Shown here: piece after piece, positions 7,523 to 16,572 of the stretch
How the letters are laid out: the number at the start of each line of letters is the position of its first letter
Position numbering within the stretch: position 1 is the stretch's first letter
NCBI GenBank assembly: GCA_046726415.1
Contig: JBKPAK010000110.1
Location: forward strand, 1 to 16,572
Origin: Candidatus Methylomirabilota bacterium
Lineage (GTDB): Bacteria; Methylomirabilota; Methylomirabilia; Rokubacteriales; CSP1-6
Reading direction: 5' to 3'
Length of the DNA: 16,572 nucleotides
Position numbers and translations under genes: made by a program
The notes under the pieces: generated by a model
What the model was told of the DNA's origin: nothing
What the model saw: only the letters and a program-made list of their open reading frames with translations
The model's database searches: none

Positions 7523-7633
7523 CCGCCCGTAGGGTCCGAATACTCGGCCGAGCCTCACTTGGTACACGGGGCAGCTGCGGGCACCGGTCCTTCGCCAGTT
7601 CGTTACGGCGCGCGCCACCACTCGTTCGCCCCG

Positions 7634-8010
7634 TCACTCCAGCCGGACCGCGACCCCGGTCAGCTCTCGGGTATCGCCGCCTCGCCCGACCGGTCCGACC
7701 GTGAGGCTGTAGTCCAGCTTTCCGAGCGTGAGTCTGATGACGGCATTGGCACCGAGGCGCGCGGCCTCCACACACAGGCCTGCAGCAGATCCTCCCAGGA
7801 CGCCGGCGCCCACCACGCCGTCTGAGCGGTCACGATTGCGAGGGCCGTATACCGCTCCTTCGGCTCACCATGGAAGATTCGAACTGTCCCTTCCTTCAAT
7901 TCGCAGGCCTTGAGCTTCTCTCCCAGCGGCAACGCGCTGACCCTGACGCACCCCGGGAGCAGGACGACCAGCACGGCGAGGAAGAGCATGCGGCCGGCAA
8001 ATATTCTCAT
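7634..8010 (-). CDS. Putative lipoprotein with YbjQ/heavy-metal-binding-like domain, one frameshift at about 7778
   Basis: Lipobox VLLPG-C. Joining ORF 7660..8010 (…ERYTALAIVTAQ…WEDLLQA) to ORF 7634..7816 (LCVEAARLGANAVIRL…LTGVAVRLE) gives the EAxxLGAxAVI motif. Confidence 0.65.
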
Positions 8011-8167
8011 CGGGTCCGTCGATGGGGACAGCCTCGCGTGGTGAACTTATCGGGCGCGAGTCGATGCTGGCCGTGTTCGTCGACACGTTCACAACCTCAA
8101 CACCACACGCAGCCGGGTCCGAGTTACCATTTTAGCTGGGCCGCAACAGAACGAAAGAGAAGGCTCG

Positions 8168-9488
8168 ATGCGTCGCACGGTGCTGATGCTAGTCGCGGTC
8201 ATGGTTCTGCCTGCCTGCTCGGGCAATTCCGCCGCCCTTAGCGCCGGTGCCGGGAGCAGACCGCCCGGGTGGCCTAACCTCGCCTCCCCGGCGGTGCAGA
8301 ATTCGGAATCCAGCTTCGAGATCCCACCTGTCCTGTCGGCCAAGACGCTCGTCCCGGCGGCAGAGCTCAGCGGGCCCGGATTTCAGGTTGACAATAGGGT
8401 GCCCACGGACGGGTTGATGGCCCATTTCACGATCCGGTCGGACTTCGGCACCCTCCAACCCGTCGGCCGGCAGGTCCTGGTGACATGGGTTGGGCAGATG
8501 CCTGCGCTCGCGAGCCTCGAGAACATGAGCAAGACGGCGGAGTTCGTCAAGGCGGTGGGTAACGCGGCGGCCCGTCCGGTCGAGGCAGCCGCTCAGATGA
8601 TCACGTCCCCGGTGCAAACGGTCGAGGGGCTTCCCTCGGCCATGGGGCGTCTTTTCGAGCGGGGTTGAGCTCGGCGCCGAGAGCATTGCTCAGGCTGAGC
8701 AGGCGCCAAACGAAGATCTGAGCGAGCGGGCTCAGCTGGTCGCGCGCCGGGTCGGCGCGTTCACCATCGATATGCTGGGGTACGGGCAGGTGCGGCAGCG
8801 ACTGGCCAAGCAGATCGGGGTCGATCTTTACACCACCAACCCCATCCTGTCAGAGAAGCTCACCAACATCGCCTGGGTCGCCTTCTCGGGGCGGGTGGGC
8901 CTGGAGACACTGATATCCGTAATGGTGCCGGACTCCATCTTTATCAGCGGTACCACGGTCACCCGTGATCTCGTCTATGACACGCCGCCCGGTGACCTGA
9001 TCAACCGCAACAAGCAGAAGTTGCTGGACATGGGCGCGGCCCAGTCCTCGGTGTGGACGCTGCTCCAGAACCAGTGGTACTCGCTGACGGTACTGACCGA
9101 TTTCACGAACGGCCTCGCGCGCATCCCGGTGGCCACCGGACGGGATCAGGTCGTCGCCCTGGCAGCCACGGCCTCCTCCGAGGAGGAGGCGCGCTTCTTC
9201 ACGAGCGCGGTGCATCTACTCGCCTGGCAACACGAGAGGATTGCGCCACTTGCCGAGCTGAACGGGCGCGGAACCGTGCTGGGGCGCACCGTGGGCGGCG
9301 CCCTCATCGTTCCCGCGCCCGTCGACTACGTGTCGTTCACCCCACTGATTAGTCGCTTCGCGCACCGGCCCGATCTCCGGGACCCGGATCGGAGCCTGCT
9401 GCTTACCGGCAAGCTCTCGCCGCGCGCGAGGGAGGAACTCACCGCCTTGGGCTGGAAGATCCGCGAAGAGGTTGTGCCGTGGCAGTGA
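8168..9488 (+). CDS. Putative lipoprotein of unknown function (about 439 aa), one frameshift at G run 8661-8664
   Basis: Lipobox VLPA-C. Removing one G at 8661-8664 reads GRLFERVELGAESIAQAEQAP...FTIDMLGYGQ, fusing ORFs 8168..8668 and 8772..9488 without stops. Confidence 0.78.
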
Positions 9489-9660
9489 TCCGCCGAACAT
9501 GACGGGGGTGCGGTGTCGCTGGGCTCGGCGCCCGGCCACGAAGCCGTGAGGCTTGCCCGCGAGGCGTGGAGCGTGAAGCGCGTCTCGCCCCTCCGCAGGC
9601 CCACCCGTGCCCCGCGCCTAAATTGCCCGACGCCGTGCCGCCCTAGCCCGAGTCGAGCCT

Positions 9661-9683
9661 TCTCACCCCTGGCCCTCTCCCCC
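9661..9683. repeat. BoxC-like purine/pyrimidine-skewed intergenic motif
   Basis: TCTCACCCCTGGCCCTCTCCCCC resembles the CCCTCACCC-NNN-CCCTCTCCC core of enterobacterial BoxC-type repeats and lies between convergent genes. Only one copy in the window. Confidence 0.4.
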
Positions 9684-9705
9684 TCGGCGCGAAGCCCTCT
9701 CCGAG

Positions 9706-10473
9706 CTAGAGTCCGGGGCTGTGTTGCGTCATCCCGCCGTCGACGACGACTGTGGTCGAGGTCATGTAGCTCGACTGATCGCTCGCCAGGAAGGCCACCA
9801 CGTTGGCGATCTCCTCCGGTTTGGCCATGCGGCCGAGGGGAATGGCGGCGTCGAGGCGCTGCATCATGCTCGGATCCTTCATGGTGACGAGGTTGATCGG
9901 CGTGGCGACCGCGCCGGGGGCGACGCCGACGACGAGGATGTTGTGACGCGCCAGCTCGACGCCTGCGGTGCGGGTGAGCATCCGCATGCCGCCCTTGGAG
10001 AGGCAGTAGGCGATGTTGCCGGGCATCGGCCAATCCTCGTGGATCGAGGTGATGTTGATGATACGGCCGCCGCCGCCCTGCTTGATCATCTGCTTGGCGG
10101 CGAGCTGGGTGCCGAAGAACGCGCTCTTGAGATTGATCTGGAGCACTTTCTCGTATTGGGCCTCGGTGGTGTCCAGGACGCCGGTGCGCGTCTCGACGCC
10201 AGCGTTGTTGACCATGACGTCGAGCCGGCCGAACCGTTTGACCGTGCTGTCGACGAGGCGCTGGAGGTCGGCCACCTTGCTGACGTCGGCGTCGACGCCG
10301 ATGACCTGGTCGCCCAGCGCGGCGACCTGCTTCTCGAGGGCCTCCGTCGCCTCGGCGTGCGTGACGTAGTCAATGGCGAGGTTGGCGCCCTGCCGAGCCA
10401 GCTCGAGCACGATGGACATGCCAATGCCGCTGTTGCCGCCGGTGACGATGGCGACTTTTCCTTTGACACTCAC
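9706..10473 (-). CDS. Short-chain dehydrogenase/reductase, glucose 1-dehydrogenase-like
   Basis: [18 protein letters not shown], catalytic [26 protein letters not shown] before GTG 10473. Confidence 0.93.
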   Translation of the reverse strand: MSVKGKVAIVTGGNSGIGMSIVLELARQGANLAIDYVTHAEATEALEKQVAALGDQVIGVDADVSKVADLQRLVDSTVKRFGRLDVMVNNAGVETRTGVLDTTEAQYEKVLQINLKSAFFGTQLAAKQMIKQGGGGRIINITSIHEDWPMPGNIAYCLSKGGMRMLTRTAGVELARHNILVVGVAPGAVATPINLVTMKDPSMMQRLDAAIPLGRMAKPEEIANVVAFLASDQSSYMTSTTVVVDGGMTQHSPGL

Positions 10474-10537
10474 AGTGAGTCCTCCTTGGTTGACGAAAAA
10501 TCTGGCTTCCCTCGCCCTGGGCCGCGTGCTGGCTCCG

Positions 10538-12091
10538 TCACTTGATCCGTTCGATGAGGTGGTCGCCGACGCGGAGCGCGTTGGCCATCGCGGTGAGCGC
10601 CGGATTCACCGCGCCGATGCTGGGGAAGAAGCTGGTGTCGACGACGTACAGGTTGTCGAGCTGATGCGCCTTGCAGTTGGTGTCGAGCACCGAGGTCTTC
10701 GGGTCGGTCCCGAAGCGGCAGGTGCCCGCCTGGTGCGCGACGCCGCCGATGCCGATCTCGTTCTTCATGTAGAGGTTCCGCGGGATCAGGTGATGCGGGT
10801 CCATGCCGAGGTGGTCGAGCATCGACTTGAGCTTCTCGTAAAGCCGTTGCTTGGGCACCTGGTTGTTGAGCGTGTAGCTCAGCGTGATGGTCCCGGCGCG
10901 GTCGATGGTGACGTGGTTATCCGACCGCGGCAGGTCCTCGGTGGAGAGCCAGAAGTCCACGGCGTGACGCGCGAGGCTGTCGAGGGTCCACATGGGGGCG
11001 AGGCCAGCCTCGATCGGTTTCTCGCCCTTGTACATAGGCCCTTGCGACTTGCCCACCATCTGGATGTTGCCCATCGGGTACGGAAAGCCGTCCATACCGA
11101 AGTAGAAGTCGTTGAGCCCGAGCGTCTTCTGGTACTTGGTGGGGTTCGGCTCGCGCGAGATGGCGAGCACGGCGGCGCTCTTGTGGAACATGTAGTTGCG
11201 CCCGACCTGGTCCGATCCGTTGGCGAGGCCGTTCGGGTGCTTGTCGTTGGCGGACAGGAGCAGGAGCTTGGCGGAGTTGGCGGCACCACAGGAGACCACC
11301 ACGATGCCGCCCGTGTAGGTCACCGGCTCGCCTCGGTGCCTGGCCACCACCTCGGTGACGGCGGTGCCGGCGGTGTTCGTGTTGAGCTTCACCACCTGAG
11401 TGTCGGTGACGAGGGTGAGGTTCGGGTACTGGAGCGCCGGCCGCACCGCCAGCACCTCGGCGTCCGACTTGGCGTGGACGAGGCAGGGAAAGCCGTCGCA
11501 GTCCTCGCAGCGCACGCAGGCGCTGAACGGCATGTTCGCCTCGTTCAGCATGATGCCGCACGGCGAGTGGAACGGGTGATAGCCCGCGCGCGCGAGGTCG
11601 TCGTGGAGCTGCTGGATGCGGGGCTCGTGGGTCACCGCCGGGAAGGGATAGGGCGCGCTCGCGGGGGGCTCGGTGTGGTCCTCGCCGCGCGCGCCGTGCA
11701 CCTGGTACTGCTGCTCGGCCTTGGTGTAGTACGGCTCCATCACCTCGTAGCTGATGGGCCACGCCGGCGAGATGCCGTCATGGTGTCGCACCTCGCCGAA
11801 GTCCTCCCGGCGCAGCCGATAGAGAGCGGCCCCGTACATCTTGGTGGCGCCGCCGACGAAGTAGTGCAGGCCGGGCTGAAACGGCTTGCCGTTCCGGTCG
11901 TACCAAGTCTCCTTCGACACGTAGCGGTTGTTGACGAAGACTTCACCCGCGTCCCAGTTCGCCGGCTCGCGGGGCAGCCAGCCGCCGCGCTCGATGAGCA
12001 GGATGCGCTTGCCCGACGGCGCCAGGTGCCAGGCGAGGGTGCCGCCGCCCGCTCCGCTGCCGATGATGATGACGTCGTATGCTGAGGGCAT
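10538..12091 (-). CDS. GMC family FAD oxidoreductase (517 aa)
   Basis: GAAGGAG RBS before ATG 12091. [16 protein letters not shown] motif, [49 protein letters not shown]...NPALT. Confidence 0.95.
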   Translation of the reverse strand: MPSAYDVIIIGSGAGGGTLAWHLAPSGKRILLIERGGWLPREPANWDAGEVFVNNRYVSKETWYDRNGKPFQPGLHYFVGGATKMYGAALYRLRREDFGEVRHHDGISPAWPISYEVMEPYYTKAEQQYQVHGARGEDHTEPPASAPYPFPAVTHEPRIQQLHDDLARAGYHPFHSPCGIMLNEANMPFSACVRCEDCDGFPCLVHAKSDAEVLAVRPALQYPNLTLVTDTQVVKLNTNTAGTAVTEVVARHRGEPVTYTGGIVVVSCGAANSAKLLLLSANDKHPNGLANGSDQVGRNYMFHKSAAVLAISREPNPTKYQKTLGLNDFYFGMDGFPYPMGNIQMVGKSQGPMYKGEKPIEAGLAPMWTLDSLARHAVDFWLSTEDLPRSDNHVTIDRAGTITLSYTLNNQVPKQRLYEKLKSMLDHLGMDPHHLIPRNLYMKNEIGIGGVAHQAGTCRFGTDPKTSVLDTNCKAHQLDNLYVVDTSFFPSIGAVNPALTAMANALRVGDHLIERIK

Positions 12092-12113
12092 CACGCGGTC
12101 TCCTTCCTCACAT

Positions 12114-12387
12114 CCTGTCGTTCGCCAAAACGCTGCTTCGTCTCTTGCCCTTCCTCTGCGGCGGCCATCGCCACCTCGCCCTCGAGAACCTCGCCTTGCG
12201 TCACCAGGTCGCCGTGTGCAATCCCTCGTGTTCGTGACTCCCCACACGGTCCTGCGTTGGCATCGACGCCGTTTCCCCAGCCCTGGGCCAAGCTCTCCCA
12301 CCGGCCCACCGTGGGCCGCCCGCCAGTCAGCGCAAGCGACGGACACCTCCGTCTCAGACCTGGCGAGAGTTCCTCACCAACCACGTC
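12114..12387 (+). mobile_element. Internally deleted remnant of an integrase-core-type transposase with a probable terminal repeat
   Basis: Colinear pieces in different frames: LLRLLPFLCGGHRHLALENLALRHQVAV (from 12133), SLVFVTPHTVLRWHRRRF, WAKLSHRPTVGRPPVSA, PPSQTWREFLTNHV. Preceded by CCTGTCGTTCGCCAAAAC. The catalytic core is missing. Confidence 0.8.
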
Positions 12388-12417
12388 CCAGGTCGAATCA
12401 AGGCTCGTTTCAAAATC

Positions 12418-12612
12418 CTAGTCGCTCGCGTGACGACCATAAGCCTTCTTGACCTGCGCCAGAATCCCGATCGGATTGTAGGTCTCGGGCGCCTGCAGCG
12501 GTGGTAATTTCTCGTACGAGAGCAGGTGTCCCAGCCAGAGCTGCCGACCGCTAGGCAGCATGTTCCAGTCGTACTGAAACTCCGTCATCGGGCCGCCGAG
12601 GGTATCGCCCAG
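12418..12612 (-). pseudogene. C-terminal remnant of an arylsulfatase-like gene
   Basis: LGDTLGGPMTEFQYDWNMLPSGRQLWLGHLLSYEKLPPLQAPETYN...HASD* matches from memory the YDWNxLPxG...PPLQxPxxYN tail of a bacterial arylsulfatase subfamily. No CxxxR catalytic motif present. Confidence 0.6.
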
Positions 12613-12694
12613 TCTCGCGCTTGTAGACGGAGAGCTGTTGGCGCAAAGCTTGAATGTGTCGACGCCGGCCCTCCGTGCTGTCGGATTCCCGCGA

Positions 12695-13591
12695 CTACGG
12701 CTTCGAGAACAGCGCCGGGATGTGATAGCCGATGCTGAGCCTGAGCTCATGGTCCGTGGACGGTGGTGACGTCCACCGTGGATACACCGTCGCCTGCAGA
12801 TTGACGTTCCACCGGCCCGCGAACAGCTTGCCGACGACGAGATTGAGGGGGACGCTGCTCGTCCCCTTAATGAAGTCCAGGGTGATGACCGGCTGGGTCT
12901 GCACGTACCACGAGTCGGGAAGGAGCTTGGTGACGAAGGGCTGTAGGGTGAGCTGATTGACGCGCGAGCGCTGAGGGTCGCCGGCAAACGAGAAGTACTG
13001 CTGGAGGAGGAACGCGAACTGCCAGCCCGGCACCGCATCGTTCACATAGCCGAGCGCCGGCCCGAGCTGATACGTGCCTTGCCCCATCTCCGAATGCGAC
13101 GCCGTGGGAAGACGAAGACGGGGCCCATCCCGAGCGTCCCCCACGCCTTCCGGTCCCCCACGACGAACAGGGAGAGCCACGCGAGGTCGCCGATCCCGGC
13201 GTTGGTCGGGCCATTTTCGTTGTCGACCTCGGGGATTGGCCACTCGATGCGCGAGAAGAGGGGGAGCCCGGACTCGAGGACCAGGATGCCCTTGAGCTTG
13301 ATGTACGCGTCGAAGGTGCCGTTCGCGCGCTGCTGATACGTCGGCTCCGCGGTCACCGACGAGGTTAGCGGGATGGGACCGACGACCTCCTCGACGGTGA
13401 ACCGTCGGCGTTCCGCCCTCACGGGGAGAAGAGCCGCCGAAATCGGGCGCCGCATCGCCATCGGCTCGAGCGCCCCTAAGCGACAGATTCGGGGCCATCT
13501 CGACGAGCGCAGGGGTACCCTGCGCTCCGATGACGACCGGCATGACGAGGAGGCAGAGGAGGAGGCAGAGCGAAACGAAAAGTTGGCTCAG
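12695..13591 (-). CDS. Putative outer-membrane beta-barrel / transporter (MetA-pathway-of-phenol-degradation-like), two frameshifts, start uncertain
   Basis: Signal-like LFVSLCLLLCLLVMPVVIGA, a shift near 13415 to …GIGDLAWLSLFV…LGMGPVFVFP, then a shift at 13106-13108 to TASHSEMGQGTYQLGPALGY…QPFVTK…VPLNLVVGKLF…LRLSIGY. GxGD, PTA and GxGxxQLGP motifs with alternating beta-strand pattern. No ATG/GTG at the expected start (CTG 13591 used). Confidence 0.75.
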   Translation of the reverse strand: MSQLFVSLCLLLCLLVMPVVIGAQGTPALVEMAPNLSLRGARADGDAAPDFGGSSPREGGTPTVHRRGGRRSHPANLVGDRGADVSAARERHLRRVHQAQGHPGPRVRAPPLLAHRVANPRGRQRKWPDQRRDRRPRVALPVRRGGPEGVGDARDGPRLRLPTASHSEMGQGTYQLGPALGYVNDAVPGWQFAFLLQQYFSFAGDPQRSRVNQLTLQPFVTKLLPDSWYVQTQPVITLDFIKGTSSVPLNLVVGKLFAGRWNVNLQATVYPRWTSPPSTDHELRLSIGYHIPALFSKP

Positions 13592-13610
13592 CGAGCCTCG
13601 ACGATCCGGA

Positions 13611-15794
13611 TCACCGCCGGAATCCGCCGAACCGGTCTCCGAACCCGCCCCCAGAGCCGAAGGAGGAGTAGCGGTCTTGGCCAGCCGACCGTGACCAGGC
13701 CGAGTCGTTGAGCTCACCAGCATGCTGTTGCCATCCGCCTCCGACGCCACGAGCGGGTTCCTGCCAGCCGCCCGCGCCTGCAAGATACTGGCTGCGGGCC
13801 TGCTGCGCCCAGATCGATGACTGATACTCGCGCTGTGCCTGCTGGGCTCGCTGCTCGGCCGGCGACGTGTTCACGCGATTCCAACTATTGGTGCTGGAAT
13901 TGTAGTGCTCCCAGCCCCCGCCCGTGTTCCGGTAAACGTTGCCGTCGTGCGTGGCGTAGACGTTGTTGCCCTGGCGGGCGAGGGCGGTGTTCTGGGTGCG
14001 GGCGAATTGCGTGTTGCCGATGGTTCCGGTGGCCGCACGGTAGTACTTGTTGCCGTAGCGAGTGTAGATGTTCACGTTGGCATAGCCACCGTGCCAGCCG
14101 CCCCAACAACAGCCACCATGCCAGCCCCACGGCGCCGAGGCGGCGATGGCGCCGAACGCCATGCCGAAGGCGAATCCGGTAACGACTCCCGCCCCATACC
14201 CGGCCGCGTACGCCCCGTAGGTTGCGGGCAGCGGATACCAGACGGTGCCGGCCCAGGCGGGGTACACGTAGCCGGTGCCATAGACCACGAGGTTGCTCGG
14301 CGTTACGACCATGCCGTAGTACCCGGGCGTGTAGCCCGTGTAGACCACCTGCGGTGTCGAACCGTACACGTAGACGTGCGTGACGTAGTAGAGCGGCGCG
14401 GTCGGCGGGATCGTGTAGATCACCGGCGGCACGCTGGTGGCCACGAGCCAGGTGCGGGCCGGGGAGGACGAGACGAACCAGACGCCGTCCTGAAGCGCCA
14501 TGTAGTAGGTGGGATCCACCTGGATCACCGGCAGCGGCGCGTTCCTCGCGTACGAGAGCCCGGTCCCCGTGATCGGGGTGAACTGCGGTGACCCGTCATA
14601 GGTCACGGTGAGCCGTGCCGTCCGGGCGATGGTGGCAGTCTGGGGGATGCCGTTGGCGATGACGGCCTGCTTGGCCTCGGCCGTCCCAGGCACCGAGGCC
14701 AGCACGGCCCCCTTCGGATGATTGAGCGGGATCTGCGCAAAATCCCCGGGTAGCGTGCTCGGCTCCACAAAGGTCCAGGGGCCGCTCAGCGCCCGGGCCC
14801 GGAACCAGCGCCCCGAGATCAAGACGTAGTACTGCTGGGTTGTTCGGTAGAAGAAGAGGCTGCTCGCCGTGTTGCTCACGTCGAAGATCTGGGTCGTGGC
14901 AATGGGCTGGAACTGGGCCGGGCCCTCGGTCTGGATGAGCTCCGCCGGCGCGGTGCTCGTGTAGATGACCGGGAGCTGGCCCTGCTCGAGGGCCTGCTTC
15001 ACCGGCGGCGTGAAGTCATCGACACTAACCTGCTTGTCGGCGATGGCCTGCTGCTTGGTCGTCTCCAGTGCGGCGGGCGCACTGGTCGCCGCCGTCCACG
15101 GGCCCTCGAAGGCCGGCGCCTGCACCCACCGGTTCAGGAGCCAGAGGTAGTAGGTGCCGCTCGAGGTGTCCAGGAGGAGCAGCGCGCGCGTGTTGATGGC
15201 CCGCATCAACGGCGTGCCCTGAACCTGCCGGAGCACCAGCTTGCCGTCGGTGAGTACCAGCACGGCCAGGCGCGGGCTGTAGACGATCCGCGGTGGCGTG
15301 TTCTTGACGGGCACCTGCTGTCGACGCCCGATGACCTTCGTGACCTCGAGGTTGGCCTGCAGACGATCAAGCGCGATCTGGATGGGCTGCGAGGGAAGCG
15401 CATCGTTGAGCGCGCTGGCGTAGTCGATGCCCTCATCCGGTGTCCCCGGAAAGTCGATCTTGAAGAGCGACATGTCTTGAAGTGTCACCATCCGGCTCTC
15501 CTTGTCGACGTTGGTGAGCGCGGAGAACCAGATGACCCCGAAACGGGGCTGCGGAGAGGCCGCCGTCTCGAGGCCGACGGCGGCGCGGGCCTGGAGTTCG
15601 TTCCACTGCCAGCGCTCAATCTGCGGCTGGTAGATCGAAAACGTGTTCCCGCCGCTGACGAACTGCTTGGGCCAGGTATCGTCGGCCGAGGAAGCGCCTG
15701 GGGCTTGCGCGTGTGCCCAGGGCAGCACACTCGGAGCGAGAAACAGCGAGACGAGCAGCAGCAAGAGGATCTTCAGGAGTCCGTGCGGAGGCAC
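13611..15794 (-). CDS. Large exported protein (about 727 aa) with aromatic-rich repeats and a Gly/Trp/Tyr-rich low-complexity tail. Homologues are often loosely labelled carbohydrate-binding family V/XII
   Basis: Long open frame, signal peptide LLKILLLLLVSLFLAPSVLPWAHA, WPK...IYQPQIERW, three YY-x4-G/N-x-W repeats, VYTGYTPGYYG...VVYGTGY, NNVYATHDGNVYRNTGGGW. Start GTG 15794 is tentative. Confidence 0.85.
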   Translation of the reverse strand: MPPHGLLKILLLLLVSLFLAPSVLPWAHAQAPGASSADDTWPKQFVSGGNTFSIYQPQIERWQWNELQARAAVGLETAASPQPRFGVIWFSALTNVDKESRMVTLQDMSLFKIDFPGTPDEGIDYASALNDALPSQPIQIALDRLQANLEVTKVIGRRQQVPVKNTPPRIVYSPRLAVLVLTDGKLVLRQVQGTPLMRAINTRALLLLDTSSGTYYLWLLNRWVQAPAFEGPWTAATSAPAALETTKQQAIADKQVSVDDFTPPVKQALEQGQLPVIYTSTAPAELIQTEGPAQFQPIATTQIFDVSNTASSLFFYRTTQQYYVLISGRWFRARALSGPWTFVEPSTLPGDFAQIPLNHPKGAVLASVPGTAEAKQAVIANGIPQTATIARTARLTVTYDGSPQFTPITGTGLSYARNAPLPVIQVDPTYYMALQDGVWFVSSSPARTWLVATSVPPVIYTIPPTAPLYYVTHVYVYGSTPQVVYTGYTPGYYGMVVTPSNLVVYGTGYVYPAWAGTVWYPLPATYGAYAAGYGAGVVTGFAFGMAFGAIAASAPWGWHGGCCWGGWHGGYANVNIYTRYGNKYYRAATGTIGNTQFARTQNTALARQGNNVYATHDGNVYRNTGGGWEHYNSSTNSWNRVNTSPAEQRAQQAQREYQSSIWAQQARSQYLAGAGGWQEPARGVGGGWQQHAGELNDSAWSRSAGQDRYSSFGSGGGFGDRFGGFRR

Positions 15795-15807
15795 GATTCT
15801 ACAGAAC

Positions 15808-16233
15808 CTACTTGGGCTTGCTGAAGTCGAAGTTATAGAGACCCGCGTCGGCCCAACCCGAGCCGACGAGGCCCCACGAGCTGCCCTGGTCAACGAGCGA
15901 GGCGGAGCCAGTCCTATTGTCAACCGCTAAGCCGCCGCTCGTGTAACTGGTGATGAAATCCAGCTTCCCGTTTTTCAGCTGCGCCTTCCCTCGAGAGGTG
16001 AAGGCGCCGGCTTCCGTCGCATAGGTCCCGTTGGGATACACGAGCAGGGTCGCCGGCCAACTTGCCCCGGACGGGAAGATCATCGTGCCTTGCCAGGTGC
16101 CGACCAGCTTGGCCATGTCGCCCGGTTCCACGGGCACGACGCGTCCGCCCAGGCCACCACCGGCGCATCCTGCGATCGACGACAGCACAATCAGTACGAT
16201 CAACACGCTCGGAATGCTCTTCCCCAGTCTCAT
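15808..16233 (-). CDS. Putative lipoprotein (141 aa), small beta-rich domain
   Basis: AAGGAGG RBS before ATG 16233, lipobox SIAG-C, LVGTWQG motif. Confidence 0.8.
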   Translation of the reverse strand: MRLGKSIPSVLIVLIVLSSIAGCAGGGLGGRVVPVEPGDMAKLVGTWQGTMIFPSGASWPATLLVYPNGTYATEAGAFTSRGKAQLKNGKLDFITSYTSGGLAVDNRTGSASLVDQGSSWGLVGSGWADAGLYNFDFSKPK

Positions 16234-16285
16234 GACCATCCTCCTTGTTTGCAATGCATGCGCTCACCACTTCACCCGGACGGCC

Positions 16286-16572
16286 TCACTCGGCTTTCCT
16301 CCGCTCGTTGAAGGTTTTCTTGTGCTCACCGAAGATCACGTTGAACTCGAGGCCGATCATCCCACCCGGGGTGCCTATGGTCGAGGCGGGAACGCCGGCC
16401 GACGTGGCGGGGGTAGAAGAGGTTTTGGGGCGCACGACGTTGTACCCAGCTTCGAGTGACAAACTGAACGGCTGGTCGCCGAGCGCGAAGACCTTGCCGA
16501 CTTGCACCCCACGGGAATGGTGGCGGCACCGCCGTTCTTCCAGTTGAAATCCCAGTTGAAATCGCTGTATCC
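16286..16572 (-). CDS. C-terminal part of a second putative outer-membrane barrel/transporter, truncated by the window, frameshift at about 16508
   Basis: From 16572: GYSDFNWDFNWKNGGAATIPVG. With one extra G it continues VQVGKVFALGDQPFSLSLEAGYNVVRP...IGLEFNVIF. Same xPxGxxxGKxF motif as the 12695 gene. Confidence 0.72.
   Translation of the reverse strand, partial: IQRFQLGFQLEERRCRHHSRGVQVGKVFALGDQPFSLSLEAGYNVVRPKTSSTPATSAGVPASTIGTPGGMIGLEFNVIFGEHKKTFNERRKAE

Noticed and set aside
10373-12085. 570-aa plus-strand ORF, and similar long ORFs 995..2035 (-), 9721..10545 (+), 13905..14591 (+)
   Set aside because: Antisense shadows of well-supported genes, expected from high-GC codon bias. No recognisable motifs.
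12092-12346. N-terminal extension of the GMC ORF in the track
   Set aside because: It is the antisense of the transposase remnant. RBS and FAD motif place the start at 12091.
16540-16563. 12-bp tandem duplication GATTTCAACTGG on the minus strand
   Set aside because: Two in-frame copies encoding DFNW-DFNW inside a gene. No spacers, so not CRISPR or a repeat array.
1-16572. tRNA, rRNA, CRISPR array, known riboswitch, reverse transcriptase
   Set aside because: None recognised by eye. A covariance-model search would be needed to exclude small RNAs.

Overview
GC-rich bacterial DNA. The gene families present resemble those I associate with Candidatus Rokubacteria/Methylomirabilota soil genomes, which is inference only. 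From left to right: (1) a zinc-ribbon/class III cyclase/AAA/TPR gene with two frameshifts and an in-frame loss of most of the ATPase; (2) a lower-GC secreted beta-helix (GGAI/FxxN) protein with its own sigma70-type promoter; (3) a compact island of micro-genes at about 3.9-5.1 kb, built around a probably leaderless XRE regulator whose -10 box lies in a perfect AGTATAGC-N5-GCTATACT palindrome, flanked by three small Cys/His zinc-finger proteins, two with a LIM-like CX2CX17-18HX2C finger; (4) a patchwork of gene fragments (ABC ATPase, SnoaL-like, IS630) and small exported proteins; (5) a GMC oxidoreductase plus glucose-1-dehydrogenase-like SDR pair; (6) a transposase remnant and an arylsulfatase-like 3' remnant; (7) a minus-strand envelope cluster with two probable outer-membrane barrels, a lipoprotein and a large exported aromatic-rich protein. 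Many single-base indels fall in G/C runs and are probably long-read errors rather than real pseudogenisation. I saw no rRNA, tRNA or CRISPR array. The XRE/zinc-finger island is the best candidate for an undescribed system.
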